A stretch of DNA of 64,000 bases from an uncultured Hyphomicrobiales bacterium (GTDB taxonomy: Bacteria; Pseudomonadota; Alphaproteobacteria; Micropepsales; Micropepsaceae), in NCBI GenBank assembly GCA_966211925.1, contig CBIHOI010000006.1, positions 8,313 through 72,312 of the forward strand, written 5' to 3'. Under the pieces are notes generated by a model. The model searched no databases. It was given only the letters and a program-made list of their open reading frames with translations, and was not told the DNA's origin. Shown here in pieces: positions 37,891 to 48,540 of this stretch (positions are counted from its first letter, which is position 1; each line of letters begins with the position of its first letter). The translations under genes were made by a program, and so were the position numbers.

Positions 37891-37922
37891 AAAAGGCCGC
37901 GAGCGATGCTCGCGGCCTTTTT
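37891..37922. terminator. Bidirectional intrinsic terminator
   Basis: AAAAGGCCGCGAGC-gat-GCTCGCGGCCTTTTT between convergent genes. Confidence 0.9.
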
Positions 37923-37952
37923 CATGTCCGCCTGTTCATGTCCGCTTGATGC

Positions 37953-39338
37953 TTACGGGTTGCTGGCAACTTCCGCGGACGCGCCTGCGCCATGGGCGCC
38001 GGGATCGGACAGGCCCACGCAGGCGGTCGTGTCGCAGGCGATCACATTTACGGTGTCGAACGGCGCCGCGCCGGTGCCGCGAAGATCGCCCCGGCGTCCC
38101 AGCCGCCGGCCGCCGGCAGTGTCCAGCACCGCAGAGACCGCTGCCGCCGTGCCGTTGGGTCCGCCGGCGCCGGCCGCCGCGATGGCAACGCCATTGCCAT
38201 CCGTGGCGATCAGCGGTGCCAGGAAGGCGCTGGCCAGGCCACCCTGCCCCGCAGGCGAAGCCGCAAGCTGTACGCCGGTCCCCGCCGCCGTGCGGCCCGC
38301 GCCAAATGGGCCGTTGAGGGTGACCGCGCAGGAAGCAGCCTGGCCGCTGGCGTCCACCGCCGCAAAGCCGGTCGAGCCCAGGTCATGGGGCAAGGCGGTG
38401 ACACCGAAGCTGGTCAGCGACTGGCGCACGGCGCCCGACACGTCGCGGCCATTTGAACGTGAAAGATTGTCCAGCAGCGATGCGGTGAACACACCCGCGC
38501 CCGTTCGCGAAGCCGGCAGCCAGGTGGTGAGATTGCCCATGGCGCGCGAACGCGCCGCGCCGTTCGTGCTTCTGACCGCCGCCAGTTCATTGAGATCGAC
38601 CGCGCCGCCCTGGGCCGCCGACCAGCTCTCGATGCGGGCTGCGACCAGGCCGCGATAAAAGCCATCGGCGCCGTTGATGCGAATCTCCGAAAGCGTCTGG
38701 GACAGCGCCGTGTTCTTTACTTCGGTGCCGGCCGCGCGGGCCTGCCCGGACTCGTCCAGGAATTCGGCCGCCAGGCCTGCATCCAGACGAATTGCATTCT
38801 GCGCGCCCGCCAGGCGCACGGCCAATGCCTGGGAGATGGGAAAGCCGGTGGCGGCATAGGCTTCGCCAGGCGCCACCACGCGCTGCCAGGGCAGCGCGCC
38901 ATACGCCTTCTGCATGTCGGCGAAACCGCGCACCGCGCCTGGAACCGCATAGGCGCCGCCGCGCGCGGGCGCGCGGGTCAGAAAATCATACTCGGTGACC
39001 TGCCCGCCGGTGTCGCGCACCAGGCAGATGCCACCGGCGCCAAGACCGGCAGCGACCGGATAAGTGGCGCTGAGGGTGAAGAACATCGCGGTGACCGCAT
39101 CCACGGCGCTGCCGGCCGAAGCCAGGGCTGACGCGCCAGCGCGCGCCGCCAACGGTTCGTCGCTCACCGCGATGCCCGCGCGCGCCGGTTCCGACTCGGC
39201 GCTGGAGGTATAGCTTTGAGGCACGTCATCCTCGAGCCCGACCGCGGAGCCGATATGGCTGCCGAGAGACTGTACGGTGGTGCAACCGCCCATCATCAGG
39301 GGAAGGGCGAGCAAGGCAATGAGACGCTTGGACCGCAT
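37953..39338 (-). CDS. Divergent gamma-glutamyltransferase-family lipoprotein
   Basis: Lipobox-like MGGC; GSAVDAV, GLGAGG, VPGAVRG, LPWQRVVAP, GFPIS, VD..G......TLN.PFG. Confidence 0.85.
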   Translation of the reverse strand: MRSKRLIALLALPLMMGGCTTVQSLGSHIGSAVGLEDDVPQSYTSSAESEPARAGIAVSDEPLAARAGASALASAGSAVDAVTAMFFTLSATYPVAAGLGAGGICLVRDTGGQVTEYDFLTRAPARGGAYAVPGAVRGFADMQKAYGALPWQRVVAPGEAYAATGFPISQALAVRLAGAQNAIRLDAGLAAEFLDESGQARAAGTEVKNTALSQTLSEIRINGADGFYRGLVAARIESWSAAQGGAVDLNELAAVRSTNGAARSRAMGNLTTWLPASRTGAGVFTASLLDNLSRSNGRDVSGAVRQSLTSFGVTALPHDLGSTGFAAVDASGQAASCAVTLNGPFGAGRTAAGTGVQLAASPAGQGGLASAFLAPLIATDGNGVAIAAAGAGGPNGTAAAVSAVLDTAGGRRLGRRGDLRGTGAAPFDTVNVIACDTTACVGLSDPGAHGAGASAEVASNP

Positions 39339-39526
39339 GAAACTGCTTTAATCCTGAAGGGCTGTCTTGAAGGTTTCCTGGGGCGCCTTTATGCCCCAGC
39401 CGCGCGGGTTAAGCCAGCGGATGCGCGCAGGCCCCGCTATTGAGAAAGCCACGTCTTGTTTGACCTTTTGCCGCCCCGCCCCTACGGTCCGACGGGGATC
39501 GGGCGGGGTATAGGAGTATCATCGGC

Positions 39527-40909
39527 GTGTCGCTGAAACCCAACAATTCCGCCCTTCGCAAGCTCGTTTTCGCCGCCGGTTTCGCCGCGGCGCTAGCGGC
39601 CGTCACCGGCCCCGCGCTGGCGCAGAACAACCGCATCTTCGCGCTGCGCGACACCGAAACCGAGGAAATGCTGAAGAGTTACGAGATGCCGCTGGCACGC
39701 GCCGCGGGTCTCGATCTCAATGCGGTGCATGTCTATCTGGCGGGCGATACCGAGATCAACGCCTTCGCCACCTATCCCGAAGACATCTTCATCTGCGCCG
39801 GAATCCTGCTGTGGCTGCACACGCCCAATGAACTGATCGGCGTGATGGCGCACGAGACCGGGCATCTGTCGGCGGGCCATCTGTCGCGCGGCGCCTATGG
39901 CATGCAGAAGGCGATGATCCCCATGCTGCTGTCGATGGTGCTGGGCATCGGCGCCATCATCGCGGGCGCCGGCGAAGCGGGCATGGCGATCATGGGCATC
40001 GGCCAGGCCGTCGCCATGGGCCAGATGGCGGCCTTCACGCGCGTGCAGGAATCCACCGCCGACCAGATCGCCGCCAAACTGCTGCTGGCGACGCACCAGT
40101 CGCCCATGGGCATGTACAAGACCTTCCAGCGTTTCGCGCAGGAAGAGGCGATGAGCGCCTACAAGATGGACAAGTTCGCGGTGGACCATCCGTCGGGCCA
40201 GGACCGCGTTTTCGACCTGAACGACATGGTGGAAGCCTCGCCCTACCGCGAAGTGCAGGACAGCCCGCAGGCGCTGCACCAGTTCCAGATGGTGCAGGCC
40301 AAGCTGGCGGGCTTCGTGCTGCCGGTGAAGGATGCACTGAACCGCTTTCCGGATTCTGACAAGTCGGAACCGGCGCGCTATGCCCGCACCATGATCTACA
40401 TGCGCGCGCCCAATTTCCAGAAGGCGCTGGCCGAAGTGAACGGGTTGATTGCCGAAGAGCCCAACAATCCCTATTTCTATGAAGTGCGCGGGCAGATCTA
40501 TGTCAGCATGGCCAAGCCTGCGCTTGGCATTCCCGACTATCAGAAATCCGTGGACCTGCGGCCCAACGCACCGCAGCTGCGGCTGGGACTGGCCACCGCC
40601 GAGCTCGCCACGGACAATGCCCCCCTTGCCGCCAAGGCGCTGGTCAACCTGAAAGCCGCGCTGCTGGTGGAGGATGACGATCCGACGAGCTGGTACCAGG
40701 CTGCCAAGGCCTACAGCACGCTGGGCAACGAGCCGATGGCCAACCTGGCCACCGCGGAACAGTGGTACAGCGTCGGCGATATGCGCAAGGCGCTCATCTT
40801 CGCCACCCGGGCGCGCGGCAAGCTGCCCCAAGGCGGCGCCGACTGGGAACGGGCTGGCGATATTGTGGGCGCGGCAGGACCGCTGGCAGCCCAGCAGCGA
40901 GGGGGCTGA
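39527..40909 (+). CDS. M48 metalloprotease with TPR (BepA/YfgC-like)
   Basis: Signal peptide, INAFA, AHETGH, ESTAD, DHP; promoter TTGACC-N17-TACGGT at 39460-39488. Confidence 0.9.
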   Translation: MSLKPNNSALRKLVFAAGFAAALAAVTGPALAQNNRIFALRDTETEEMLKSYEMPLARAAGLDLNAVHVYLAGDTEINAFATYPEDIFICAGILLWLHTPNELIGVMAHETGHLSAGHLSRGAYGMQKAMIPMLLSMVLGIGAIIAGAGEAGMAIMGIGQAVAMGQMAAFTRVQESTADQIAAKLLLATHQSPMGMYKTFQRFAQEEAMSAYKMDKFAVDHPSGQDRVFDLNDMVEASPYREVQDSPQALHQFQMVQAKLAGFVLPVKDALNRFPDSDKSEPARYARTMIYMRAPNFQKALAEVNGLIAEEPNNPYFYEVRGQIYVSMAKPALGIPDYQKSVDLRPNAPQLRLGLATAELATDNAPLAAKALVNLKAALLVEDDDPTSWYQAAKAYSTLGNEPMANLATAEQWYSVGDMRKALIFATRARGKLPQGGADWERAGDIVGAAGPLAAQQRGG

Positions 40910-40910
40910 C

Positions 40911-41654
40911 ATGCGAGCGTTCGTCATCACGGTTGCCGGCGCCATCGGCGGCGCAGCACTGGCCGTGGCCATCATCCTGACACTGGCGCAGAGCGGCCGG
41001 ATGCCGATCAATGACCGGCAGATGCAGACCTATCTGATGACGCATCCCGAACTGGCGGCTGCGATGATGGGCCGTCACCAGATGCTGGAAGAGCAGAAGG
41101 CGCAGCTGGAGAAGACCGCGGTGCTGCGCAAGATCGGCAAGGCCGCCTATTTCGATCCCAAGGTCGCATTCGTGACCGGACCGGTGGATGCCAAGAACAC
41201 ACTGGTGGAATTCTATGATTACGACTGCCCGTACTGCCGCGCCTCGCTGCCGGCGGTGAAGAAGTATTACGAGGCGCACAAGAACGACACGCGCTTCGCC
41301 TTCATTGAATTCCCCATCAAGGAACTGCATGGCCCCAGCGCCATCCTGGCGGCGCATGCCTCGCTGGCGGCGCGCAAGCAGCCGAACAAGTATATGGACT
41401 TCCACTTCCTGTTGCTGGGCGAGGAAGGCGCGATCACCGAACAGATGATCTATGCCGACGCCGCCAAAGCCGGGCTGGATATCGCCAAGCTGAAGACCGA
41501 CATGAACGATCCGGAGATTGCCAAATCGCTGGAGGCATCCATCGCCCTGGCCCACAAGACCGGCATCGACGGTACGCCGACTTTCATCCTCAACGGCAGG
41601 CTTGCGCCCGGCATGGTGGATGACACCAGCCTTGCCGACGGGATGAAGAGCTGA
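40911..41654 (+). CDS. DsbA-family oxidoreductase
   Basis: EFYDYDCPYC, EFPI, GIDGTPTF. Confidence 0.9.
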   Translation: MRAFVITVAGAIGGAALAVAIILTLAQSGRMPINDRQMQTYLMTHPELAAAMMGRHQMLEEQKAQLEKTAVLRKIGKAAYFDPKVAFVTGPVDAKNTLVEFYDYDCPYCRASLPAVKKYYEAHKNDTRFAFIEFPIKELHGPSAILAAHASLAARKQPNKYMDFHFLLLGEEGAITEQMIYADAAKAGLDIAKLKTDMNDPEIAKSLEASIALAHKTGIDGTPTFILNGRLAPGMVDDTSLADGMKS

Positions 41655-41660
41655 CGACAG

Positions 41661-42059
41661 TCAGCGCGACGCGGGAAAATGCTCGATGTGGGTCTCGCCG
41701 GTGCGGCCATAATAGACCGCTCGCTGGCCCGCCAAGGTCACGAAATAGCCCACGCAACCGGCAGCCGCGATGCGTCGGCAGAATTCGCGATATTGAATGT
41801 CGCCGCACTGGGCTGACCGTACAGCAGCCTCCACCCCGGTGGCCGAAAAATCCCGCGCAATGTCACGCACGACATGCACTGCGATGCTGCAGGAAATCCC
41901 GTCCGGCATGTAATAGACACGCTCGCTGCGCATCAGGTCGGCGTGATAGCGCTCCACGCCGGCCGCAAGCAGTGACTGCACCACTTGGGGAAAGGTGATG
42001 CTCTCCGCATCCGAAGCGCGCGTCAGCTCTTCGACAAACATCCTGACGGACTGGTCCAT
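41661..42059 (-). CDS. DUF1398-family protein
   Basis: ITFPQVV..L...GVERY..DL, Y..FC......GC.GY.V.L.G....Y.GR.G..H.E.FP. Confidence 0.8.
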   Translation of the reverse strand: MDQSVRMFVEELTRASDAESITFPQVVQSLLAAGVERYHADLMRSERVYYMPDGISCSIAVHVVRDIARDFSATGVEAAVRSAQCGDIQYREFCRRIAAAGCVGYFVTLAGQRAVYYGRTGETHIEHFPASR

Positions 42060-42068
42060 GGTCTTCTC

Positions 42069-42521
42069 CTATTGGGTGGGGATGCCGCGCAGTTGCCGGT
42101 CCTTGACGATTTTCTGCAAAAGCTGCCGCAGCATCGCCTGTTCCTGTGCACTGAGAGGACCGAAGAATTCCGCGTCATTGCCGTCCGCGAGCGCCGCCAG
42201 TTGCGGCACCAGCGCCCTGCCTTTGACCGTAAGTTCCAGGGTCTGCGCGCGGCCATCCGTGGCGCTGGCCTGGCGCCGCACCAGGTTTCGCGCCGCCAGC
42301 CGGTCGGCCAGCTTGGTGACGGCCCCGCGCGTCAGGTTCAACCGCTCTGCCAGCGCACTGGGAGGCTGGGCGGCGTCATACAGCTCCCGCAGCATGACCC
42401 ATTCCACCACCGTGACATTGCGGGCAGCCAGCTTCAGGGCAAAGGCACCGGAGACATGGTTGGACACCAGCCGCAGCCAATAGCCCAAATGATCCTTCAA
42501 TGCTGCGGATTTAATTTCCAT
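42069..42521 (-). CDS. MarR-family regulator
   Basis: LGYWLRLVSNHVS, wHTH, DGRAQTLELT.KG. Confidence 0.9.
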   Translation of the reverse strand: MEIKSAALKDHLGYWLRLVSNHVSGAFALKLAARNVTVVEWVMLRELYDAAQPPSALAERLNLTRGAVTKLADRLAARNLVRRQASATDGRAQTLELTVKGRALVPQLAALADGNDAEFFGPLSAQEQAMLRQLLQKIVKDRQLRGIPTQ

Positions 42522-42559
42522 GGAAACTATATAGTCACGAGTAGTTTCCGTGTCAACTA
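42512..42559 (-). promoter_or_regulatory. Leaderless sigma70 promoter with two MarR operator palindromes
   Basis: TTGACA-N17-TATATA-6 nt-ATG; 18-bp palindromes at 42512-42529 and 42542-42559. Confidence 0.7.
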
Positions 42560-42570
42560 TCGTCTTTCGG

Positions 42571-43569
42571 TCAGATCAGTCCGCTGAGCGGGCTCGACGG
42601 ATCGGCATAGGCCTTCTTGGGCATGCGGCCCGCCAGCCAGGCTTCGCGTCCAGCCTGCACAGCCAGCTTCATGGCGCTGGCCATTTTCACGGGATCGCGG
42701 GCATGGGCGATTGCCGTGTTGGTGAGGACAGCGTCGCAACCCAGCTCCATCGCCACCGCGGCGTCGCTGGCGGTGCCGATGCCGGCATCCACCACGATCG
42801 GGACTTTCGCATCCTCGATGATCATGCGGATGTTCACGGTGGACTGGATGCCCATGCCCGATCCGATCGGCGAGGCCAGCGGCATGATCGCCACCGCGCC
42901 CACATCTTCCAGCCGCTTGGCCATCAGGGGATCATCGCTGGAATAGACCATGACCTGGAAACCGTCCTTGGCCAGCATCTCGGTGGCGCGCAGGGTTTCG
43001 ATCATGTCGGGATAGAGCAGCTTCTTCTCGCCCAACACTTCCAGCTTGACCAGGGTCCAGCCGCCGGCCTCGCGCGCCAGGCGCAACGTGCGCACGGCAT
43101 CTTCGCCGGTGAAGCAACCGGCGGTGTTGGGCAGGTAAGTGACTTTCTTGGGGTCGATGAAATCCACCAGCATGGGCTGGCCTGGATCGGTGAGATTCAC
43201 ACGGCGCACGGCGACCGTGACGATCTCCGCCCCCGATGCGGCCAGCGCGGCGGCGTTCATCGCGTAATCGTTGTACTTGCCGGTACCGATGATGAGACGC
43301 GACTTGAAGGTCTTGCCGGCCACCACGAAGGGCTTGTCCTCGCGGGGGACTTCCACCGGTGCGTTGCCCCCGCCGATGAAATGGACGATTTCCAGCCGGT
43401 CGCCATCGCTCACCTGCACTTGGTCATAGGTCGAGCGCGGCACGATCTCCAGGTTGCGCTCCACCGCGATCTTGGCGGGGTCCAGGCCGAGCCCGGCCAG
43501 GAAGAGGCGCAGGTTGGCCGGTTCATCCAGCTGGCGGATTTCGCCGTTCAGGGTAATTTTCAATGTCAT
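42571..43569 (-). CDS. thiG: ThiS-ThiG fusion (sulfur carrier/thiazole synthase)
   Basis: ThiS domain ending EIVHFIGGG, followed in frame by [26 protein letters not shown]. Confidence 0.95.
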   Translation of the reverse strand: MTLKITLNGEIRQLDEPANLRLFLAGLGLDPAKIAVERNLEIVPRSTYDQVQVSDGDRLEIVHFIGGGNAPVEVPREDKPFVVAGKTFKSRLIIGTGKYNDYAMNAAALAASGAEIVTVAVRRVNLTDPGQPMLVDFIDPKKVTYLPNTAGCFTGEDAVRTLRLAREAGGWTLVKLEVLGEKKLLYPDMIETLRATEMLAKDGFQVMVYSSDDPLMAKRLEDVGAVAIMPLASPIGSGMGIQSTVNIRMIIEDAKVPIVVDAGIGTASDAAVAMELGCDAVLTNTAIAHARDPVKMASAMKLAVQAGREAWLAGRMPKKAYADPSSPLSGLI

Positions 43570-43649
43570 ATTGCCTGTGACCTTAAGCATTTCCGTATCG
43601 TGCCGGGAGAGATTATAAGGCTTGAATCGCTTTCGCCCACGGAAAGTCT

Positions 43650-44120
43650 ATGGCAAAAAAAACCAGCAAATCCAAGACCTTGCCTATATATATCCTCAAT
43701 GGCCCCAATCTCAATTTGCTGGGACACCGCGAGCCTGAGGTTTATGGGTACACGACCCTGGCGCAGATCGAGAAGATGTGCGCCGACCAGGCTGCCGAAC
43801 ATGGCCTTTCCATCATCTTCCGCCAGTCCAATCATGAAGGCGAAATCGTCGACCAGCTGCAGGAGGCGCGCACCTCGGGCAGCGCCGTCATCATCAATCC
43901 TGCCGGTTATGGCCATACCTCGATCGCCATCCTGGACACCATCCAGGCGCTGAAGATTCCCGTGATCGAGGTGCATCTGTCGAACATTCATAAGCGCGAG
44001 CCTTATCGCCACCTCTCCTATGTCTCCAAGGGCGCGACCGGCATCATCATGGGCCTGGGGGCGCAGGGTTACCTGCGCGCCGTGGATGCAGTCGCCGAAA
44101 TTCTCAAGGGTTCGAAATGA
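43650..44120 (+). CDS. aroQ: Type II 3-dehydroquinate dehydratase
   Basis: [33 protein letters not shown]. Confidence 0.97.
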   Translation: MAKKTSKSKTLPIYILNGPNLNLLGHREPEVYGYTTLAQIEKMCADQAAEHGLSIIFRQSNHEGEIVDQLQEARTSGSAVIINPAGYGHTSIAILDTIQALKIPVIEVHLSNIHKREPYRHLSYVSKGATGIIMGLGAQGYLRAVDAVAEILKGSK

Positions 44121-44638
44121 AAAAGAACAAAACGCCTCTTAAAGCTTCTGCCAAAACGCCCGCGAAGGCGGTTGCCGCAAAAGCCGCCGGGAAACCCGGC
44201 GTTGACACGGACGCTGTGCGCGAGCTGGCCAAGCTGCTGAAGGAAACAGGCCTCACCGAAATCGAGATCGAGCATAACGGCGCACGCATTCGCGTCAGCC
44301 GTGGCGCGACGGCTGTTGCCGCCGCCGCACCGGCCGCCCCTGCCCCGGTCGTCGCAGCACCGCCGCCTGCCCCTGCCGCCGTACCTGCGCCGTCCGGCCC
44401 CGTGGCGGGCACCGTGCCCTCGCCCATGGTCGGCACCGTCTATCTGTCGCCGGAACCCGGCAAGCCGGCCTTCATCAGCGTCGGCAAGACCGTGAAGGCC
44501 GGAGATACCCTGTTCATCGTGGAAGCCATGAAGACCATGAACGCCATCACCGCGCCGCATGGCGGCACGGTGAAGGAAATCAGCGTCAGTGATGGCAGCC
44601 CTGTCGAGTTCGGCCAGACGCTGGCCGTCATCGCCTGA
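44117..44638 (+). CDS. accB: Biotin carboxyl carrier protein
   Basis: SPMVGT, EAMKTMN. Confidence 0.96.
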   Translation: MKKNKTPLKASAKTPAKAVAAKAAGKPGVDTDAVRELAKLLKETGLTEIEIEHNGARIRVSRGATAVAAAAPAAPAPVVAAPPPAPAAVPAPSGPVAGTVPSPMVGTVYLSPEPGKPAFISVGKTVKAGDTLFIVEAMKTMNAITAPHGGTVKEISVSDGSPVEFGQTLAVIA

Positions 44639-45981
44639 TGTTCGACAAGGTTCTCATCGCCAATCGCGGCGAAATCGCCCTTCGCGTCATCCGCGCCTGC
44701 AAGGAGATGGGCATCTCCACCGTGGCGATTCATTCCACGGCCGACAGCGACGCCATGCATGTGCGCCTGGCCGATGAAAGCGTGTGCGTTGGTCCGCCCG
44801 CCGCCGGCCAGTCCTATCTGAATATTCCCGCCATCATCGCGGCCTGCGAGATCACGGGCGCCGAGGCCATTCATCCCGGCTATGGCTTCCTGTCCGAGAA
44901 CGCCAAGTTCGCCGACATCATCAAGGAACACGGCCTGACCTTCATCGGGCCGACGCCAGAACATATCCGCATGATGGGCGACAAGATCACCGCCAAGCAG
45001 ACGGTCAAGGAGCTTGGCATCCCCACCGTGCCGGGTTCGGACGGCGAAGTCAGCGACGCCGATGCGGCGCGCGTGGCGGAAGAGATTGGCTATCCGGTGT
45101 TGATCAAGGCCACTGCGGGTGGTGGCGGGCGCGGCATGAAGGTTGCGCAGAATGCCGGTGAACTGAGCTTCGCGCTGTCGCAGGCCCGCACCGAAGCCAA
45201 GGCCGCCTTCGGCAACGACACCGTCTATATGGAGAAGTATCTCCAGCGGCCGCGCCACATCGAAATCCAGATCCTGGCCGACAGCCATGGTCATGTCGTG
45301 CATCTGGGCGAGCGCGACTGCTCGTTGCAGCGGCGCCACCAGAAGGTGTGGGAAGAAGCCGGCAGCCCGGCCCTGAACGCGCAGGAGCGCGACGATATCG
45401 GCGGCATCGTGACCAAGGCGCTCAAGAAGCTGGGTTATCTGGGCGCCGGTACCATCGAATTTCTGTATGAGGATGGCCGCTTTTATTTCATCGAAATGAA
45501 CACCCGCCTGCAGGTCGAGCATCCGGTCACCGAAGCCATTACCGGCATCGACATTGTGCGCGAACAGATTCGCGTCGCCGCGGGCGCGCCGCTGGGCGTC
45601 ACCCAGAAGGACATCGTGTTCGAGGGCCACGCCATCGAATGCCGCATCAATGCGGAAAACCCTTTCACCTTCCGCCCCTCGCCCGGGACCATCGAGCAGT
45701 TTCATACCCCCGGCGGCCTGGGCGTGCGTTTCGATAGCGCGATCTATTCGGGCTATCGCATTCCGCCTTATTACGACAGCCTGGCGGGCAAGCTGATCGT
45801 GCACGCCAAGAACCGCAACGAATGCCTGTTGCGCCTGCGCCGTGCGCTGGACGAACTGGTGGTGGGCGGTATCGAGACCACCATCCCCCTGTTCCAGAAG
45901 CTGGTGCGCGAGCCGGACATCATCAACGGCGACTATTCCATCCACTGGCTGGAGAAGTATCTGGCCAGTCTTGGATATTAG
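44638..45981 (+). CDS. accC: Biotin carboxylase
   Basis: [44 protein letters not shown]. Confidence 0.98.
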   Translation: MFDKVLIANRGEIALRVIRACKEMGISTVAIHSTADSDAMHVRLADESVCVGPPAAGQSYLNIPAIIAACEITGAEAIHPGYGFLSENAKFADIIKEHGLTFIGPTPEHIRMMGDKITAKQTVKELGIPTVPGSDGEVSDADAARVAEEIGYPVLIKATAGGGGRGMKVAQNAGELSFALSQARTEAKAAFGNDTVYMEKYLQRPRHIEIQILADSHGHVVHLGERDCSLQRRHQKVWEEAGSPALNAQERDDIGGIVTKALKKLGYLGAGTIEFLYEDGRFYFIEMNTRLQVEHPVTEAITGIDIVREQIRVAAGAPLGVTQKDIVFEGHAIECRINAENPFTFRPSPGTIEQFHTPGGLGVRFDSAIYSGYRIPPYYDSLAGKLIVHAKNRNECLLRLRRALDELVVGGIETTIPLFQKLVREPDIINGDYSIHWLEKYLASLGY

Positions 45982-46054
45982 GCTGCGGCGCCGGCACTAG
46001 GCCCACCGTCATTTCCCGGCTAGGTTTCCTGCTCAACCGTTGGGAGGGTTTCGC

Positions 46055-46435
46055 ATGGGCTTTCTGGACAAGTATGGTTCGCTGATTTTGGGCGTGACCC
46101 GCATCGTGGTCGGCCTGTTGTTCCTGGAGCATGGCACCGCCAAGCTTCTGCATTTTCCCGTCGTGCCGATGTTCGCGAGTGGTTCGCTGCCGCCGATGAT
46201 CCTGGCGTCAGGCATCATCGAACTTGTCGGCGGTGCGCTGGTGGCGCTTGGCTTCTTCAGCCGCATCGCGGCCTTCATCTGCTCCGGCCAGATGGCGGTC
46301 GCCTATTTCATGGTGCATTTCGCCCAGGGCTTCTTTCCGATCCTGAACGGCGGGGAACTGGCGATCGTCTATTGCTTCGTCTTTTTGTACCTGGCCGCGG
46401 CCGGTCCGGGCAGCCTGGCGATCAACAACAAGTAG
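46055..46435 (+). CDS. DoxX-family membrane protein
   Basis: [30 protein letters not shown]; RBS GGAGG. Confidence 0.9.
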   Translation: MGFLDKYGSLILGVTRIVVGLLFLEHGTAKLLHFPVVPMFASGSLPPMILASGIIELVGGALVALGFFSRIAAFICSGQMAVAYFMVHFAQGFFPILNGGELAIVYCFVFLYLAAAGPGSLAINNK

Positions 46436-46453
46436 CAACGTCCTGCCGATTAA

Positions 46454-46493
46454 AATAACGCGCGACGGTTTTGCCGCCGCGCGTTATTCTTTT
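46454..46493 (+). terminator. Hairpin/terminator between doxX and aat
   Basis: AATAACGCGCG...CGCGCGTTATT-CTTTT. Confidence 0.65.
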
Positions 46494-46496
46494 GGC

Positions 46497-47105
46497 ATGC
46501 ACGGTACGCCGCATCTGACGCCGGAAATCCTGCTGCGCGCCTACGCCGAGGGCCTGTTCCCCATGGCGGAGCGGCGGGGCGATCCGACGCTGTACTGGGT
46601 GTCGCCCGAAATGCGCGGCATCATTCCCCTGGACAATTTTCATGTGCCGCGTCGGCTGGCGCGCACGGTGCGTTCGGGGCGCTTTACCGTCACCGCCGAC
46701 CAGGCGTTTGCCGACGTGATGCGCGCCTGCGCCGCGCCGGCGCCAGGGCGCGAGGAAAGCTGGATCAACGACGAAATCCTGCGGCTCTACATCGCGCTGC
46801 ATGCCGGTGGCCACGCCCATTCGGTGGAATGCTGGCAGGGTGGCGAACTGGTGGGCGGGCTTTATGGCGTGCGGCTGGGCGCGGCCTTCTTTGGCGAGAG
46901 CATGTTCAGCCGGGCGCGCGACGCCAGCAAGGTGGCGCTGGTCTGGCTGGTGGAGGCATTGCGACGCGGCGGCTTCACCTTGCTGGACACGCAATTCCTG
47001 ACCGCGCATCTGGCCGGGTTCGGCGCGATGGAAATTCCACGGCTGCAGTATCTGGCGCTGCTCAACCAGGCGCTGAACCGCGAAGCGGTCTGGCCACGTT
47101 TCTGA
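46497..47105 (+). CDS. aat: Leucyl/phenylalanyl-tRNA-protein transferase
   Basis: AY..GLFPM, SWIN, HSVECW, GGLYG, GESMFS, LLDTQF. Confidence 0.95.
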   Translation: MHGTPHLTPEILLRAYAEGLFPMAERRGDPTLYWVSPEMRGIIPLDNFHVPRRLARTVRSGRFTVTADQAFADVMRACAAPAPGREESWINDEILRLYIALHAGGHAHSVECWQGGELVGGLYGVRLGAAFFGESMFSRARDASKVALVWLVEALRRGGFTLLDTQFLTAHLAGFGAMEIPRLQYLALLNQALNREAVWPRF

Positions 47106-47669
47106 CTACAGGCCGGCACCTTCCGGCAAAGCCTGGACCTGTTCCTTATCGGACGAATCCGGCGCCGCGACCTTGACCGCGGCGGTGGTGTTGGTGGCGA
47201 CGGTGGCGGCGTTGTTGTTGCAGCCCAGCACCCACACGTCATAGAGCGGATGCTCCACGGCGTTGAGGCCGGGGCTGGAGCCGTACATCCAGCCGGAGAA
47301 TATCCTGCGCGGCTTCTGGTCAGGACGGTGATCCTCGATCTGCACGAAGGCAGCCGTTTCCGGCGTCTCGCTGGCAGGGGTCGAATAGCAGAAGCGTGCC
47401 GTGATCGTCAGGGTGGCGAACTTTACGGTCTGGCCGATAGGGGCCGTGATGCTGGTGGGGCGGCCGGTGATCTTGTCCAGGCCCAGCATCTTCAGCGAGG
47501 TACCGCCCTGCGGCGTGATCTGCTGCGGCGGCACCACGTCTGAGCCCGCGCCGGCAGGAGCGGTGCTGGGCGGCGGCGGATCGGGAATGATGACCTTGGT
47601 TGCACTTTGCGCCAGCGCCACGCCGCCAAGGGGCAGCAGCGCGAGCAGCCATTTCAAATGGTGCCTCAA
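47106..47669 (-). CDS. DUF2155-family exported protein
   Basis: GLDKITGR, FSGWMYGSSPGLNAVEHPLYDVWV; TTG start overlaps mlaD stop. Confidence 0.85.
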   Translation of the reverse strand: MRHHLKWLLALLPLGGVALAQSATKVIIPDPPPPSTAPAGAGSDVVPPQQITPQGGTSLKMLGLDKITGRPTSITAPIGQTVKFATLTITARFCYSTPASETPETAAFVQIEDHRPDQKPRRIFSGWMYGSSPGLNAVEHPLYDVWVLGCNNNAATVATNTTAAVKVAAPDSSDKEQVQALPEGAGL

Positions 47670-48175
47670 GGTCCGTCGCCCAGGTCTTGCGGCTTGGGCG
47701 CAGGGGCCTTCGGCTTGCCGCTGTCACCACCGATGAAACGGCCCGCCAGGCTCATCAGGTCCGCCGAATTGGCGGCCTGGGTGTTTTCGATATAACCGCC
47801 CGGCGGGATCATCTTGTCGTCGCCACCGGGCGCGATAGACAGATACGAACTGCCCAGGATGCCCGACGAGGTGATCATCATGGAGCTGTCGGTCGGCAGC
47901 TTGATGTCGCTGCGGACGTTCATGTGCACGGTCACGAGATAGTTGTTGGGATCCAGCACCAGGTCAGACACAGAGCCGACCTTGATGCCGGAAACACGCA
48001 CATCGGTGCCGATGCCCAGGCCGTCAACCTTGGGCAGGCGCGCCAGCACTTCATAGCCCGACAGGCTGCCCGAGCCGGTGCGCATATAGGTGAACGCCAG
48101 AAAGCCAACCGCCACGGCCACGACGACCGCGCCGATGAGGGTTTCGGCGATATTGTTCTGCTGCCGTGCGCTCAT
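47666..48175 (-). CDS. mlaD: Outer-membrane lipid asymmetry protein MlaD (MCE)
   Basis: GLGIGTDVRVSGIKVG, IPTDS-like LPTDSS, GILGSSYLSIAPGG. Confidence 0.88.
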   Translation of the reverse strand: MSARQQNNIAETLIGAVVVAVAVGFLAFTYMRTGSGSLSGYEVLARLPKVDGLGIGTDVRVSGIKVGSVSDLVLDPNNYLVTVHMNVRSDIKLPTDSSMMITSSGILGSSYLSIAPGGDDKMIPPGGYIENTQAANSADLMSLAGRFIGGDSGKPKAPAPKPQDLGDGP

Positions 48176-48540
48176 CAGTCCGGTTTCCAGGCCTGATAAT
48201 CGCCAGTCGCGGGCGGGCGGGCGCCGCCCTTGCTGAGACTGCCGCTGGGCTTGTAGGCGCCTTCGGTGCCGGTGAGGTTGGGCTGGTGCGGCTGCTCGAA
48301 GCCGCGGGTCTTGAACGGCGCGCGGGTCGGCGGCTCGGCATAGGTATGGTGCATCCAGCCATGCCAGTCGGGCGGCACGCGGCTGGCCTCGACGGTGCCG
48401 TTGTAAACCACCCAGCGGCGCGAGCCGTCCTTGTTCTGGTAGTAGCGGTTGCCGAAATCGTCGGTGCCCACCGGGCTGCCATACAATTTGGTCTGTACCC
48501 AGGTACCGAGGGTCTGGGATTTCCACCACGAGAAAAGCAT
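48175..48540 (-). CDS. NADH:ubiquinone oxidoreductase subunit NDUFA12 family
   Basis: [42 protein letters not shown]. Confidence 0.92.
   Translation of the reverse strand: MLFSWWKSQTLGTWVQTKLYGSPVGTDDFGNRYYQNKDGSRRWVVYNGTVEASRVPPDWHGWMHHTYAEPPTRAPFKTRGFEQPHQPNLTGTEGAYKPSGSLSKGGARPPATGDYQAWKPD

Noticed and set aside
43570-43649. TPP riboswitch upstream of thiS-thiG
   Set aside because: Only 80 bp; no CTGAGA or other aptamer core.
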